Of a DNA stretch of 64,000 nucleotides, positions 1 through 12,110 are shown piece by piece; within the stretch, counting starts at the first letter, position 1; every line of letters begins with the position of its first letter. The stretch is from an uncultured Acidobacteriota bacterium. GTDB lineage: Bacteria; Acidobacteriota; Vicinamibacteria; Vicinamibacterales; 2-12-FULL-66-21. The notes beneath the pieces are model-generated. The model did no database searches. It saw only the letters and a program-made list of their open reading frames with translations, and had not been told where the DNA came from. The translations under genes and the position numbers were made by a program. The stretch spans positions 301,605-365,604 of the forward strand of contig CAVRYD010000011.1 in assembly GCA_963725335.1 (NCBI GenBank), written 5' to 3'.

Positions 1-394
1 GATCAGTTCATCGACCGGCGCGACGTCAAGCGGACGCTGCCGCTCCACACCGTCAACGGCGAGCCGTACTACCTCGGCGTGTTCCTCGTCGGCGCCTACC
101 AGGAGATCCTCGGCGACCTGCACAACCTGTTCGGCGACACGCATGCCGTGCACGTCAGCCTCGACGAGCGCGGCAACGTCGTCCTCGACGCGGTGATCAA
201 GGGCGACACGGTCAAGGAAGTGCTCGACTACGTCGAGTTCGACGCCGACACGCTGGTGCGCAAGCTGCGACAGCGACGTCGAGCTGGCCGTCCGCGAAGG
301 GAGGATCAGCTACGAGGAGTCCGGCCGGCTCCTCGAGTTCTACGAGGACGGCCTGCAGGGATACACCTACCTCGAAGATCCAAAAGAGCGATAG
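1..394 (+). CDS. speA: Biosynthetic arginine decarboxylase, C-terminal part (5' end outside window; one frame break near nt 270)
   Basis: Frame 1 from nt 1 reads ...PYYLGVFLVGAYQEILGDLHNLFGDTHAVHVSLDERGN..., a SpeA C-terminal signature. After ~270 the conserved tail DVELAVREGRISYEESGRLLEFYEDGLQGYTYLEDPKER continues in frame 2 to TAG 392-394. Confidence 0.8.
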
Positions 395-496
395 TTGAAT
401 CCCGGATCCCTAATCACTGATCCTCGAATCCTCGAATCCCCGAATCCACCGAATCCCCGAATCCTCGAATCGCTCGAATCCTCGAATCGCGAATCC
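395..496. repeat. Short-tandem-repeat spacer, GAATCC-type 8-9 nt units (word family 1)
   Basis: The whole convergent spacer between speA and the next gene is TAATCACTGATCC followed by about ten GAATC(C) units. Unit starts are at 426, 434, 442, 451, 459, 467, 476, 484 and 491. Confidence 0.9.
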
Positions 497-933
497 TCAA
501 CCGTTCGCGAGTTTGTTCGCGCAGTGTTCGTCGAAGGCGCGCGTCAGCTCGGCGGCGATCATGTCGGCGTTGCGGGTTTCGATCTGGCTGCGTTCCATCA
601 TGTACACAGCTTGCCGTCGCGCAGCAGTCCGATCGACGGTGACGACGGCGCATAGCCGGTGAAGTATTGCCGCGCACGATCGGTGGCTTCGATGTCGGCG
701 CCGGCGAATACGGTCGCGACGACCTCCGGACGGTTGGTGTGCTGCAGCGCCTTTGCGATTCCAGGCCGCGCTTTTCCCGCTGCACAGCCGCAGACGGAAT
801 TCACCACCATCATCACGACGCCGTTGCTGTTCTTGACGATGTCGTCGACCGCGTCGGATGTGCGAAGCTCGCGTGCGCCCATGTCGGTCATTTCTCCGCG
901 CATCGGCGCGATCAGATATTCGGGATATGGCAT
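497..933 (-). CDS. Bacilliredoxin-like (YphP/YqiW, DUF1094) thiol-disulfide protein (one frame break near 600)
   Basis: ORF 598-933 contains VVNSVCGCAAGKARPG, the CGC redox motif of this family. The conserved tail LVYMMERSQIETRNADMIAAELTRAFDEHC.. continues in another frame to TGA (complement of 497-499). Confidence 0.7.
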
Positions 934-961
934 TTGATCTCCTCGCTCGAACTGGTGAGCG

Positions 962-2674
<1,713 letters not shown>

Positions 2675-2784
2675 TGACGAACATTGTTACTCGGGTACGC
2701 AGTTATACTAAGGTCTTCGGTCCTCGCGACGGGCGCGACTCGCTCGACGCAACAGACAAATGTAAAGAATCGGACCTCATTCCT

Positions 2785-5275
2785 ATGAACGAACTCTGGC
2801 GCGATGTTCGCCATTCACTCCGCAGCCTTCGAAAGAGTCCCGGTTTCCTTGTCATCGTCATTCTGACGCTCGGACTTGGCATCGGCGCGAACACCGCGAT
2901 TTTTTCATTGATGGATCAGGTGCTTCTGAGACCGCTTCCCGTGCACGATCCGGGAGCGCTCGTGCTTCTGGATGGTCCGGGCGCGTTCATGGGCCGGACG
3001 ATGAATGCGATGACGTTCTCGTACCCCATGTACAAAGACTTCCGAGATCGCAACGACGTCTTCAGCGGCACGCTCGCGCGGTTTCCGCTGCCCGTGACGG
3101 CGGTGTGGCAAGGCGCCTCCGAACGGGCGGACGGCGAGCTCGTCAGCGGAAACTACTTCGACGTGCTCGGCGTGCGTCCTGCGGCAGGGCGGCTGTTCAA
3201 CCAATCAGACGATCGGACGCCCCGCGGGCATCCCATTGCCGTGCTCAGCTACGGGTATTGGCAGCGCCGGTTCGGCGGCGATCCGCGCATTCTCAACCAG
3301 ACGATCACGGTGAATGGGCATCCGTTTTCAATCGCGGGGGTCAGCGAACGGCGGTTCACCGGCGTCCAGATCGGCCGGTCAGTCGACATCATGGTGCCGA
3401 TCATGATGAAGGCGGAGATGACGCCGACCTGGGATGACCTCGATAACCGCCGCAGTCGATGGCTCACCGTCATGGCACGGTTGAAACCTGGTGTATCGAG
3501 GACGCAGTCGGAAGCGGCGATGAACGTCATCTATCGACAGATCAACGAACAGGAGATCAAGGACATTCCCAACGCGTCGGAGTCATTCCGGAAGCGGTTC
3601 ACGTCGAAACATCTCGACGTGCTGTCCGGCCAGCGGGGCCTGTCGGATCTCCGGCAGGAATTCTCGACGCCGCTCATCGTGCTCATGTCGATGGTCGGAG
3701 TCGTGCTCCTCATCTCGTGCGCGAACGTCGCGAATCTCCTGCTTGCGCGGACGATGGCCAGGCACAAGGAGATTTCACTGCGTCTTGCGCTCGGCGCCAG
3801 CCGCGCACGTATCGTTCGTCAGCAGTTTGTCGAGAGTGGGCTCCTGTCTCTGGGGGGCACCGCCGTAGGCCTGCTGTTGGCGTGGTGGACGGGAGGCCTG
3901 CTGCTCGCTGCGCTGCCGGGCGATCCCGCCGCGCGAAGCCTGTCCGCCGATCCCGATCTGCGAGTCGCACTGTTTGCGCTGGCGATCGGCGTCCTCACGG
4001 CCCTGGTGTTTGGCATCGTGCCCGCAGTGCAGGCCACCCGCACCGCCGTGACGTCGGCACTCAAGGAAGAGTCCGGCAGCGTCGCTGGCGGCGGGCGCCA
4101 GGCCCGCGTGCGCCGAGTGCTCGTGGTCGCGCAGGTCGCGCTGTCGATGCTGCTTCTCGCTGGCGCCGGACTCTTTGCGCGCAGCCTCTACAACCTGAAA
4201 ATGCTCGACCCAGGCTTCAGGGTCGACGACCTGTTCGCCTTCTCCGTGGATCCGTCACTCAGTGGATACGACGGCGATCGGCTGACGGCGTTGTACCGGC
4301 GGATGCAGGAGGAACTGACGGCACTCCCCGGGGTCCGCAGCGTCTCGATGTCTGAAACGGGTGCCTTGACCGGCAACGACTGGAGCATGACCGTTCGCGT
4401 CGATGGCTATCAGGCCAAGGAAGGGGAGGACATGAACCCGAGCGTGGACGGGGTCGGTCCGCGCTACTTCGAAACGATGGGCATTCCGCTGGTCAGCGGC
4501 CGCGACTTCACCGAGCGAGACGTCAAGGGTGCGCCCACGCGTGGCGGTCATCAACGAAACGATGGCGAAGTACTTCTTCGAGGGCACCAGCCCGATTGGC
4601 AGGCGCTTCGGATTCGGACGCGGCACCCCAACCAACATCGAGATCGTCGGCGTTGCCCGCGACGTCCGCTCACTCGAGCTGCGCGATCGGGCGCCGCGCT
4701 TCATCTACATCCCTTACGCGCAGGACGAAAGCGTCACGCAACTGACCTATTACGTGCGCGCAGCACAGAAGGGCGGCTCGACCCCCGCGGCGATCAGGCA
4801 GGCCGTGCAGCGGATCGACGCGAACCTTCCGATCTTCGACATGAAGACGATGGGTGTCCAGGTGGACGAGTCGCTGTTTGTCGAGCGGATGGTTGCGGTC
4901 CTGTCGGTCGCCTTTGGTGCGCTGGCGACGCTGCTCGCCGCGATTGGCCTCTACGGTGTGATGTCGTACTCCGTCACCCGCCGGACGCGTGAGATTGGCA
5001 TTCGAATGGCGCTCGGTGCGGAGCGTGGGCGGGTCCTGTGGCTCGTGCTCAGGGAAGTGGCCGTCATGGCGGCTGTCGGCATTGTCGGGGGACTTGCCGC
5101 CGCACTCTGGCTCACAAGGCAGGTCCAGTCGCAGCTCTTTGGACTTGCCCCGAACGATCCGGCGACGCTTGCCGGCGCGACCGCGCTGCTGGCGGTGATT
5201 GCGATCTCGGCGGGCTACGTCCCCGCGCGACGTGCGACAACGATCGATCCGATCGTGAGTCTCCGCAGCGAGTGA
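2785..5275 (+). CDS. ADOP-family MacB/FtsX-like permease 1 (one frame break near 4530)
   Basis: N-terminus MNELWRDVRHSLRSLRKSPGF..LGLGIGANTAIFS, duplicated FtsX-type membrane blocks, C-terminus PARRATTIDPIVSLRSE. The 5' part is in ORF 2674-4992 and the 3' part in ORF 4529-5275. No ATPase gene is adjacent. Confidence 0.85.
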
Positions 5276-5277
5276 GA

Positions 5278-5320
5278 TTTCTTTTTCTCTCTTTCTCTCG
5301 TTCTCCTGTTCCGTTTTTTT
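5278..5320. repeat. Polypyrimidine (CT-rich) low-complexity tract in a convergent spacer
   Basis: TTTCTTTTTCTCTCTTTCTCTCGTTCTCCTGTTCCGTTTTTTT lies directly after the ADOP-1 stop. It has only three G and no A. Confidence 0.85.
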
Positions 5321-5338
5321 GACGGTCCAGCAGCCGGG

Positions 5339-6064
5339 TCACTCGTTGAGGGCTGATGTTCTGGCTGTAATCTCTTTCAGACCGACTTCCCTCCACTCAC
5401 CGGGCTGCAACGTTCCAAGCTCCACCCCTCCGAATGCGACGCGCATCAGCTTCGTGACGGGGTGCCCGAGCGATTCGAGCATCCTTCGAATCTCGCGATT
5501 CTTCCCCTCGACAAGCTCGACGATTAAGTGCGTCTCGCGCGAAGAACGCTTCCGTACCACCACCGAGCGGGCGCTCAAACCGTCGATGCCGTCCGTCATC
5601 TTTGCTGCCCCATCGTCTCCTAACGCGCCGCGCACGGTGACGGCGTAGCGACGGACGATGGCGTTTGCGGGATCGGTCAGCTAGTTGGCGAGCTGGGTAT
5701 CGGTCGTCAGGAGCAGCAGGCCAGTGCTGGCCATGTCGAGCCGCCCGACCGCCACCAACGTTCGCGCGTCATCTCCGAGCAGGTCGAAGACCGTGCGTCG
5801 GCCCTCCGGGTCGCGACGCGTCGTCACGACACCGCGGGGCTTGTGAAACGCGATCGTGCGCCACGCGCGAGGACGGGCGGTGCTTCCGTCGATGGCGATC
5901 CGGTGTCGCTCGGGCACCACAGGCGTGGCTGGATCGCGAACCACTCGGCCGCTTACTCGCACACGCCCATCCGTTATCAGGCGCCTGGCCTCGGACCGCG
6001 AGGCGAGGCCAAGCTTGGAGAGTACCCTGTCAAGCCGAACGACACTTCGACTCATCCGGCTCAT
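5339..6064 (-). CDS. RsuA/RluB-family pseudouridine synthase with S4 domain (one frame break at 5636-5690)
   Basis: S4-like VRLDRVLSKLGLASRSEARRLITDGRVRVSG and catalytic GRLDMASTGLLLLTTD in ORF 5681-6544. The C-terminal HLIVELVEGKNREIRRMLESLGHPV is in ORF 5339-5635. Start could be 6067, 6064 or 6055. Confidence 0.8.
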
Positions 6065-6084
6065 CATTTCATACCAACCAAAAC

Positions 6085-6158
6085 TGCCGAACACCGTCGA
6101 ACGTGTAGAACCCTGGAACGTAGAACCTGGTAGAACCCGGCCGAACCTTGCAGAACCT
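6085..6158. repeat. Phased GAAC(C) array (word family 2) in a divergent spacer
   Basis: GAAC(C) starts at 6088, 6098, 6108, 6123, 6133, 6143 and 6153 (10-nt steps, one 15-nt step) within GTAGAACC/GCAGAACC words. The array ends 7 nt before the ADOP-2 ATG. Confidence 0.85.
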
Positions 6159-6164
6159 ATCCAT

Positions 6165-8628
6165 ATGACTTTCTGGAGCGATGCGAAGCAGGACGCCGCG
6201 TACGCGATTGGGAGCGCGAGAAAGGCGCCGACCTTCACCGTCGTCGCGCTGATCACGCTGGCCCTCGGAATCGGTGCGAACACCGCCATATTCAGCGTCA
6301 TCAACAGCGTCGCTGACTTCGTCCGCTGCCGTATCGCAGTCCCGAGCGGGTTGTGTTCGTCTGGTCGTCCAAACCGTCCTCCTCCCTGCGAGGCCCTGAC
6401 CCCCGGACGTCTTGTGGATTTCCGCGACCAACTGACCTCGGTGAGCGCGATGGCCGGCATCAGCCAGATCCCGCTGAACCTGACAGGCAGTGGCGAACCG
6501 GAACGGCTCAACTCGTCGAGCGTTTCGTCCAATTTTTTCGACATCCTTGGCGTGACCGCATTGCTCGGCGAAGCTTTTCACGCGAGTGCCGCCGACGATC
6601 GGGCAGTCGTGCTGAGCTATGGCCTGTGGGTGCGGCGCTTCGGCAGCGATCCCTCAATCATCGGACGGCAGATCACGCTGAACGGATCTGCGCGAACGGT
6701 GGTGGCGGTTATGCCGCGCGAGTTCGACTGGCCGGCGATCACGGCGATGCCGACCACAGTGAACGGACCGCAGCTCTGGATTCCGGGCGACCGCACGCGA
6801 CATTCCGCGGACGCCTGTCGACCGGCCCGGGCAGGATTTATCCGCCAACAGGACTGCCGGGTATATTCGCGCCGTTGCGCGGTTGAAGGACGGCGTCACC
6901 ATCGAGCAGGCGCAGCGTGAGGCGGATCTGGTCGCGGGCCGCATCGGGCAGGCGCATCCCGACACTGACGGCGCCCGAAGGGCTGCTGTCGTGCCGCTGC
7001 GCACGCAGTTCTACGGACACGTGCAGCGAACGCTCCTGGTCCTCGTCGGAGCGGTGACGCTTGTTCTTGCCATCGCCTGCGCCAACGTCGCAAGCCTGCT
7101 GCTCGGGCGTGCCACCGCGCGGCGCAAGGAGATGGCAATCCGGCGTGCACTCGGGGCTGGACTCGGGCGAGTCGTTCGTCAACTCCTGATTGAATCGATC
7201 GTGCTCGCAGCTGCGGGGGCCGCCTGCGGGCTCCTGCTCGCGTGGTGGGCACAGTCCGCGCTCATCGCCTTCAGTCCATCCGATATCCTTCGCATGCAAG
7301 GCGCGCGGATCGATCCGGTGGTCCTGGCGTTCACCGCGGCGCTGGCGATTCTCACGGGCCTGCTCGTCGGGATCGTGCCGGCGCTCCAGGCCGCGCGCGA
7401 CGAAGTGACCGCAGATCTGCACGAAGGTGGGACGCGGTCGTCGGAGGGCCTGCGCTCGGCACGAAGCCGGGAAGTGCTCGTCACCCTCCAGCTTGCCGTG
7501 GCCGTCGTGCTCGTCGTCGGCGCGATCCTCCTGCTCCGCAGTTTCTTCGCGCTGCAACGCGTCGATACCGGCATCGACACGCGCAATCTGCTGACCTTCA
7601 ACATGTTCCTCAGCGGACCGCGTGCCGGGGACCAATCGAAACAGATTGCGTTCTATGAAGAGACGCTGACGCGGCTGACTCGCCTGCCCGACATTGCCGC
7701 TGCTGGGGCGGCCGTGACGCTGCCGATCGGCGGCGACGACTTTTCCGCGTCGTACACGATCGACGGTCACGCCCAGCCGGCGACGGGCCGTGAGCCATCT
7801 GCCGGATACCAGGTCGTCACGCCCGGGTACTTTGGAGCGATGGGCATTCCCATTCTGGCCGGGCGGGACTTCGACTCGACAGACTTGCGGGGTGGCGTGC
7901 CGGTGGTCCTCGTCAATCAGGCTCTCGCTGCTCGGGAGTGGCCAGGTGAGAATCCGCTTGGGCGGCGCATGCGACTCGGACCCGACGACCCGTGGATGAC
8001 GGTCGTCGGAGTCGTTGGCGACATCCGTCACCTGGGTCCTTCCGTGCCGCCGCGCCCGGAGTTCTATCAGCCGCACACGCAACGCTCGTTTTCGTTCATG
8101 GCCTTCGTGGTTCGGACCCGTCACGATCCTGCGGCCGTGGTTCCGTTCATTCGCTCCGAGATCACACAGCTGGATCCGGCGCAGCCGATTTCCAACGTCG
8201 CGACGATGGACGAATATCTCTCGCGTGCGCTCTCCCGGCCGCGCTTCATGTCGACGCTCGTGACGGCATTCGGGATGCTCGCGCTCGCGTTGTCGATGGT
8301 CGGCGTCTACGGCGTGATGGCCTATTCCGTGACGCAGCGGAGACGCGAGATCGCGATTCGGATTGCGCTGGGCGCCCAAGGCGGCACGGTCGTGGGCATG
8401 ATCATCTCAAAGACGATGTGGCTGGCCGCGATAGGCGTCGCTGCGGGTCTTGCCGGCGCGGCGGTGTTTACGCGCGCGCTGTCGGGGCTCCTCTTCGAGG
8501 TTCGCGCGTCGGATACCGGTGCCTTCGTCATGGCCGCGCTGCTCCTCGGTAGCGCGGCGATCGCGGCGGGCGCCATTCCTGCCGTTCGCGCCAGTCGAAT
8601 TGACGGCGTCGATGCGCTGAAGTCATGA
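6165..8628 (+). CDS. ADOP-family MacB/FtsX-like permease 2 (three frame breaks near 6310, 6395, 6795)
   Basis: [49 protein letters not shown]... The segment LRPLPYRSPERVVFVWSS is in a second frame. ...DIPRTPVDRPGQDLSANRTAGYIRAVARLKDGVT joins ORF 6883-8628, which ends IPAVRASRIDGVDALKS. Confidence 0.85.
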
Positions 8629-8761
8629 CCTCCTGTCGCCGGAACCCGCCCCGCCCTTGAGGCGTCTCAACTAGAAGCCGGGCAACCCGGCGAGCTCGGC
8701 GTTTCTGCGGGCCCTCCACGTCGCGCGCCGACCGGAATGGTGGTGGGTTATCCTGACCGCC

Positions 8762-9217
8762 GTGAATCCGGATGATGCGGCCGCGCTGCGGTGGCAGTCG
8801 ATTCTTGCTTTTGGCCTGATGGTCGCCGGGCTGGTCTGGCTGGTTGCGCGCGGGGAGATTTTCGGTCGAAGCAGCCCTGCGATCACGATCCAGGCGCTCT
8901 CAGCTGCTCTGATGATCGCTGCACGGCTGACATTCGGCGCACGAAGTTTTCATGCAGCGGCAAATCCGACGGCGGGTGGACTTGTGACGACCGGTCCATA
9001 CCGATGGCTGCGGCATCCCATCTATGCGGCCATCCTGTACTTCATCTGGAGCACTGCGGTCGATCACGGCTCCGCACCGGCCGTCATCGCCGCCCTGCTC
9101 GTTACCCTCGGCGCCGGCGTACGGATGTATGCTGAAGAAACGTTTCTGACGAGCGTCTACCCGGACTATCCGGCCTATCGCGCACGGACCGCACGCGTCA
9201 TTCCATTTGTTCTATAG
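8762..9217 (+). CDS. Isoprenylcysteine carboxyl / phospholipid methyltransferase-family membrane protein
   Basis: Intact 151-aa ORF with multiple TM segments and GPYRWLRHPIYAA, typical of ICMT/PEMT-like methyltransferases. Confidence 0.7.
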   Translation: MNPDDAAALRWQSILAFGLMVAGLVWLVARGEIFGRSSPAITIQALSAALMIAARLTFGARSFHAAANPTAGGLVTTGPYRWLRHPIYAAILYFIWSTAVDHGSAPAVIAALLVTLGAGVRMYAEETFLTSVYPDYPAYRARTARVIPFVL

Positions 9218-9229
9218 AGGAGTACGACG

Positions 9230-9889
9230 ATGTCTATTCGTATCGGAGATCAGGCCCCCAACTTCCAGGCGCAGACCACCGAGGGACCGATCGACTTCCA
9301 TCAGTGGATCGGGAATTCGTGGGCGGTGCTGTTCTCGCATCCCAAGGATTTCACGCCCGTTTGCACAACCGAACTGGGGTACATGGCCAAGCTCAAGCCG
9401 GAATTCGACAAACGCGGTGTCAAGATCATCGGCCTCAGCGTGGATCCAGTCGACAAACACAAACAGTGGGCGGAGGACATCAGGGAGACGCAGGGCCATG
9501 CTCCCAACTATCCGATGATCGGCGACACGGATCTGAGCATCTCGAAGGCCTACGACATGCTTCCCGCAGATCTCGATGGATCGTGCGAGGGCCGCACGCC
9601 CGCCGACAACCAGACCGTCCGCAACGTCTTCGTGATCGGACCGGACAAGAAGGTCAAGTTGCAGATTGCGTATCCGATGACAACCGGCAGAAACTTCGAC
9701 GAGGTCCTTCGCGTGATCGATTCGCTCATGCTCACCGCGAAGCACAAGGTCTCGACGCCTGTGAACTGGAAGCAGGGCGACGATGTGATCATTGCGGGGT
9801 CCGTGTCCGACGAGGAGGCGAAGAAGACCTACCCGAACGGCTGGAAGGCGCCGCGGCCGTACATTCGAATCGTTCCGCAGCCTCGCTGA
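9230..9889 (+). CDS. 1-Cys peroxiredoxin (Prx6-type)
   Basis: Intact 219-aa ORF. FSHPKDFTPVCTTELG peroxidatic-Cys motif, no resolving Cys region, C-terminal extension typical of Prx6. AGAGGAG lies upstream of the ATG. Confidence 0.9.
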   Translation: MSIRIGDQAPNFQAQTTEGPIDFHQWIGNSWAVLFSHPKDFTPVCTTELGYMAKLKPEFDKRGVKIIGLSVDPVDKHKQWAEDIRETQGHAPNYPMIGDTDLSISKAYDMLPADLDGSCEGRTPADNQTVRNVFVIGPDKKVKLQIAYPMTTGRNFDEVLRVIDSLMLTAKHKVSTPVNWKQGDDVIIAGSVSDEEAKKTYPNGWKAPRPYIRIVPQPR

Positions 9890-9908
9890 CTTCGCCTGGC
9901 CGACCGAC

Positions 9909-10577
9909 TCATGGTTCGGTCTCTGCGAGCAGGCAGATGAACTCGCCGAGCACCATGGCGGTGGCGCCCCACACCTGGTGGCCCGAGCAGATCGAAGTAG
10001 GGATACTCGACGGCGACGCCTTCGCGGATCCTCGTGCCCTGCCGGATCCGGGAGGCGTCGCGCAAGTCGTCGAGCGACACTTCGAGGACTTCCTGCACTT
10101 CTCCCGGCGCCGGCGCGAAGTCGGGCCGCCGATCCGTCAGGCCGACGACGGGATGCAGCGTGAAACCGCTGACGAGGACGTGCACCGGCGTGAGCTCTCC
10201 GAGGACGCGGACGGTCGTCCGGATCGACGCCGATTTCTTCCGCCGCCTCGCGCAGCGCCGCCTCGGCCAGCGTTTCTCCGGGATCGGTTGCGCCGCCCGG
10301 CAGGCTGATCTGTCCGGGATGCCGCGCCAGGCTGCTCGCCCGCACCGTCAGCGCGACCGCGGCTCCCATCTCGTGCGGGTAGAGCAGCAGCAGCGCAGCC
10401 GCCTGCCTGCGACTCGGCCGGGAACTGGCCCGTGCGCCACGCGTTGCGAAGCAGTTCCGGCGCGAAGCGCATCTGCGCTTCTATGCCGGGCAGCGTCTTG
10501 CCCAGCCGCTGGCGGAGCACGGTCTCGATCTCGCGTAGCGGCACGGCTGTTCCAGTATGCCTGTAGTATGGGTTCAT
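9909..10577 (-). CDS. NUDIX hydrolase, CoA pyrophosphatase-like (about three frame breaks)
   Basis: NUDIX box LPGGATDPGETLAEAALREAAEEIG in ORF 9212-10369. N-terminus MNPYYRHTG.. is in ORF 10137-10781, the middle part in ORF 9829-10185, and the tail GHQVWGATAMVLGEFICLLAETEP in a third frame to the stop at 9909-9911. Confidence 0.7.
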
Positions 10578-12107
10578 GTCCGCCTTTTCCCGGATCGATA
10601 GAACCGTCGGTCTTGAGACGCTCGAGCTCGTGCGCGGCTGCACGTTCGACGACTTCATCCTGGCGCCGCAGCGGAGCGTGCTCGTGCGCCGCGATCCGTC
10701 GGCGATCGATCTGTCGTGCCGCGTGTCGCGCCGGATCACGCTCAAGCGGCCGATCGTGTCGGCCAACATGGACACGGTCACCCGCGCGCCGATGGCGATC
10801 GTCCAGGCCGAGGAAGGCGGGCATCGGCATCATCGATCGCGGGTTCCGGCCCGGCGAGATCGAGCCGCAGGTGCGCGAGGTCGAGATCGTCAAGCGCACG
10901 CAGCACGGCGTCATCCGCGATCCGTACAGCATCGCGGCCGACCGCGTCGCTGGACGAAGCGGCGGCGCTGATGGCGCGATCGCGCGTCGGCACGCTCGTG
11001 GTCGTCGACGAGGCAGCGCCGGCTTGCCGGCCTGCTGACCGAGCGCGACATGCGGTTCGTCGCGCGGCGCGGCGCGCGCGTGTCCGATCGCATGACGCCC
11101 AGCGAGCCGGCTCGTCGTCCACGAAGGTCCGCTCGACGCCGACGGCGGCCGAGCGGCTGATGGTCGAGCGCAAGATCAAGAAGCTGCCGCTCGTGGCCGC
11201 CGACGGCCGGCTGCTCGGCCTCATCACGGCGCGGGACCTCGTGCGGCAGCGGCGCATGCCGTTCGCGACGCGCGACAGCCAGGGGCGGCTGCGCGTCGGC
11301 GCCGCCATCGGCGCCACCGGCGACTACCTCGAGCGCGCGGCGGAGCTCATGCGCGCGGACGTCGACGTCATCGTCATCGACATCGCCCACGGCCACTCGA
11401 TCGTGATGGAGCGCGCGATCGCGGAGTTCCGCAAGCGGTTCGGCGACGTCGAGATGATTGCCGGCAACGTCGCCACCGCGCGAGGGCGCGACGTTCCTGC
11501 TCGAACGCGGCGCCGACGGCATCAAGGTCGGCATCGGGCCGGGCGGCGGCTGCACGACGCGCATGACGACCAGCTTCGGCGTGCCGCAGATGCAGGCGCT
11601 CGTCGAGTGCCGCCTCGCGCGTCGGAGAATCCGACGTGCCGATCATCGCCGACGGCGGCGATCAAGCGCCACGGCGCGTTGATGGAGGCGCTGCTGTTCG
11701 GCGGCGATTGCGCGATGCTCGGCAGCGCGTTCGCCGGGACCGAGGAGGCGCCCGGCGAAGTCGTGCACAAGTCGGTGCGTGCTGCCCGAGTCGCAGAAGA
11801 CCGTGAAGGTGCCGTTCAAGGTGCTGCGCGGCATGGCGTCGCTCGAGGCGATCCGCGATCGGCTCGACGTCGAGGACGCCGACAAGGTGGAGCTCGAGGC
11901 GATCGGCGCCGAGGGCATGGAGATCAGCGTGCCGGCGCGCGGCTCTGCGCGCGCGATCGTGCGCGAGATGATCAAGCACCTCTGCTCGTCGATCAGCTAC
12001 GGCGGCGCCGCGTCGCTCGCCGAGCTGCGCCAGATGTTCTGGGCCGATCCTCAGAAGTACCTGATCAGGCAGTCGCCGTCGGCACGCGCGAATCGTACGA
12101 ACGGTGA
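10576..12107 (+). CDS. guaB: IMP dehydrogenase (at least eight frame breaks)
   Basis: Pieces spread over all three plus frames: [29 protein letters not shown]-pair segments, [36 protein letters not shown] (catalytic Cys loop), [24 protein letters not shown], tail RESYER to the stop at 12105-12107. Confidence 0.8.
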
Positions 12108-12110
12108 CGG

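Noticed and set aside
6838-8379. 513-aa ORF on the minus strand
   Set aside because: It is antisense to ADOP permease 2, which has clear family signatures. Its translation is Arg/His/Asp/Pro-rich low complexity, typical of shadow ORFs in GC-rich DNA.
10575-10578. Divergent NUDIX and guaB start codons sharing the palindrome CATG (zero-length spacer)
   Set aside because: Both starts are uncertain. guaB could start at an in-frame GTG about 18 codons downstream, and the NUDIX gene could start at a downstream Met. The region is also riddled with frame errors, so the overlap is not reliable.
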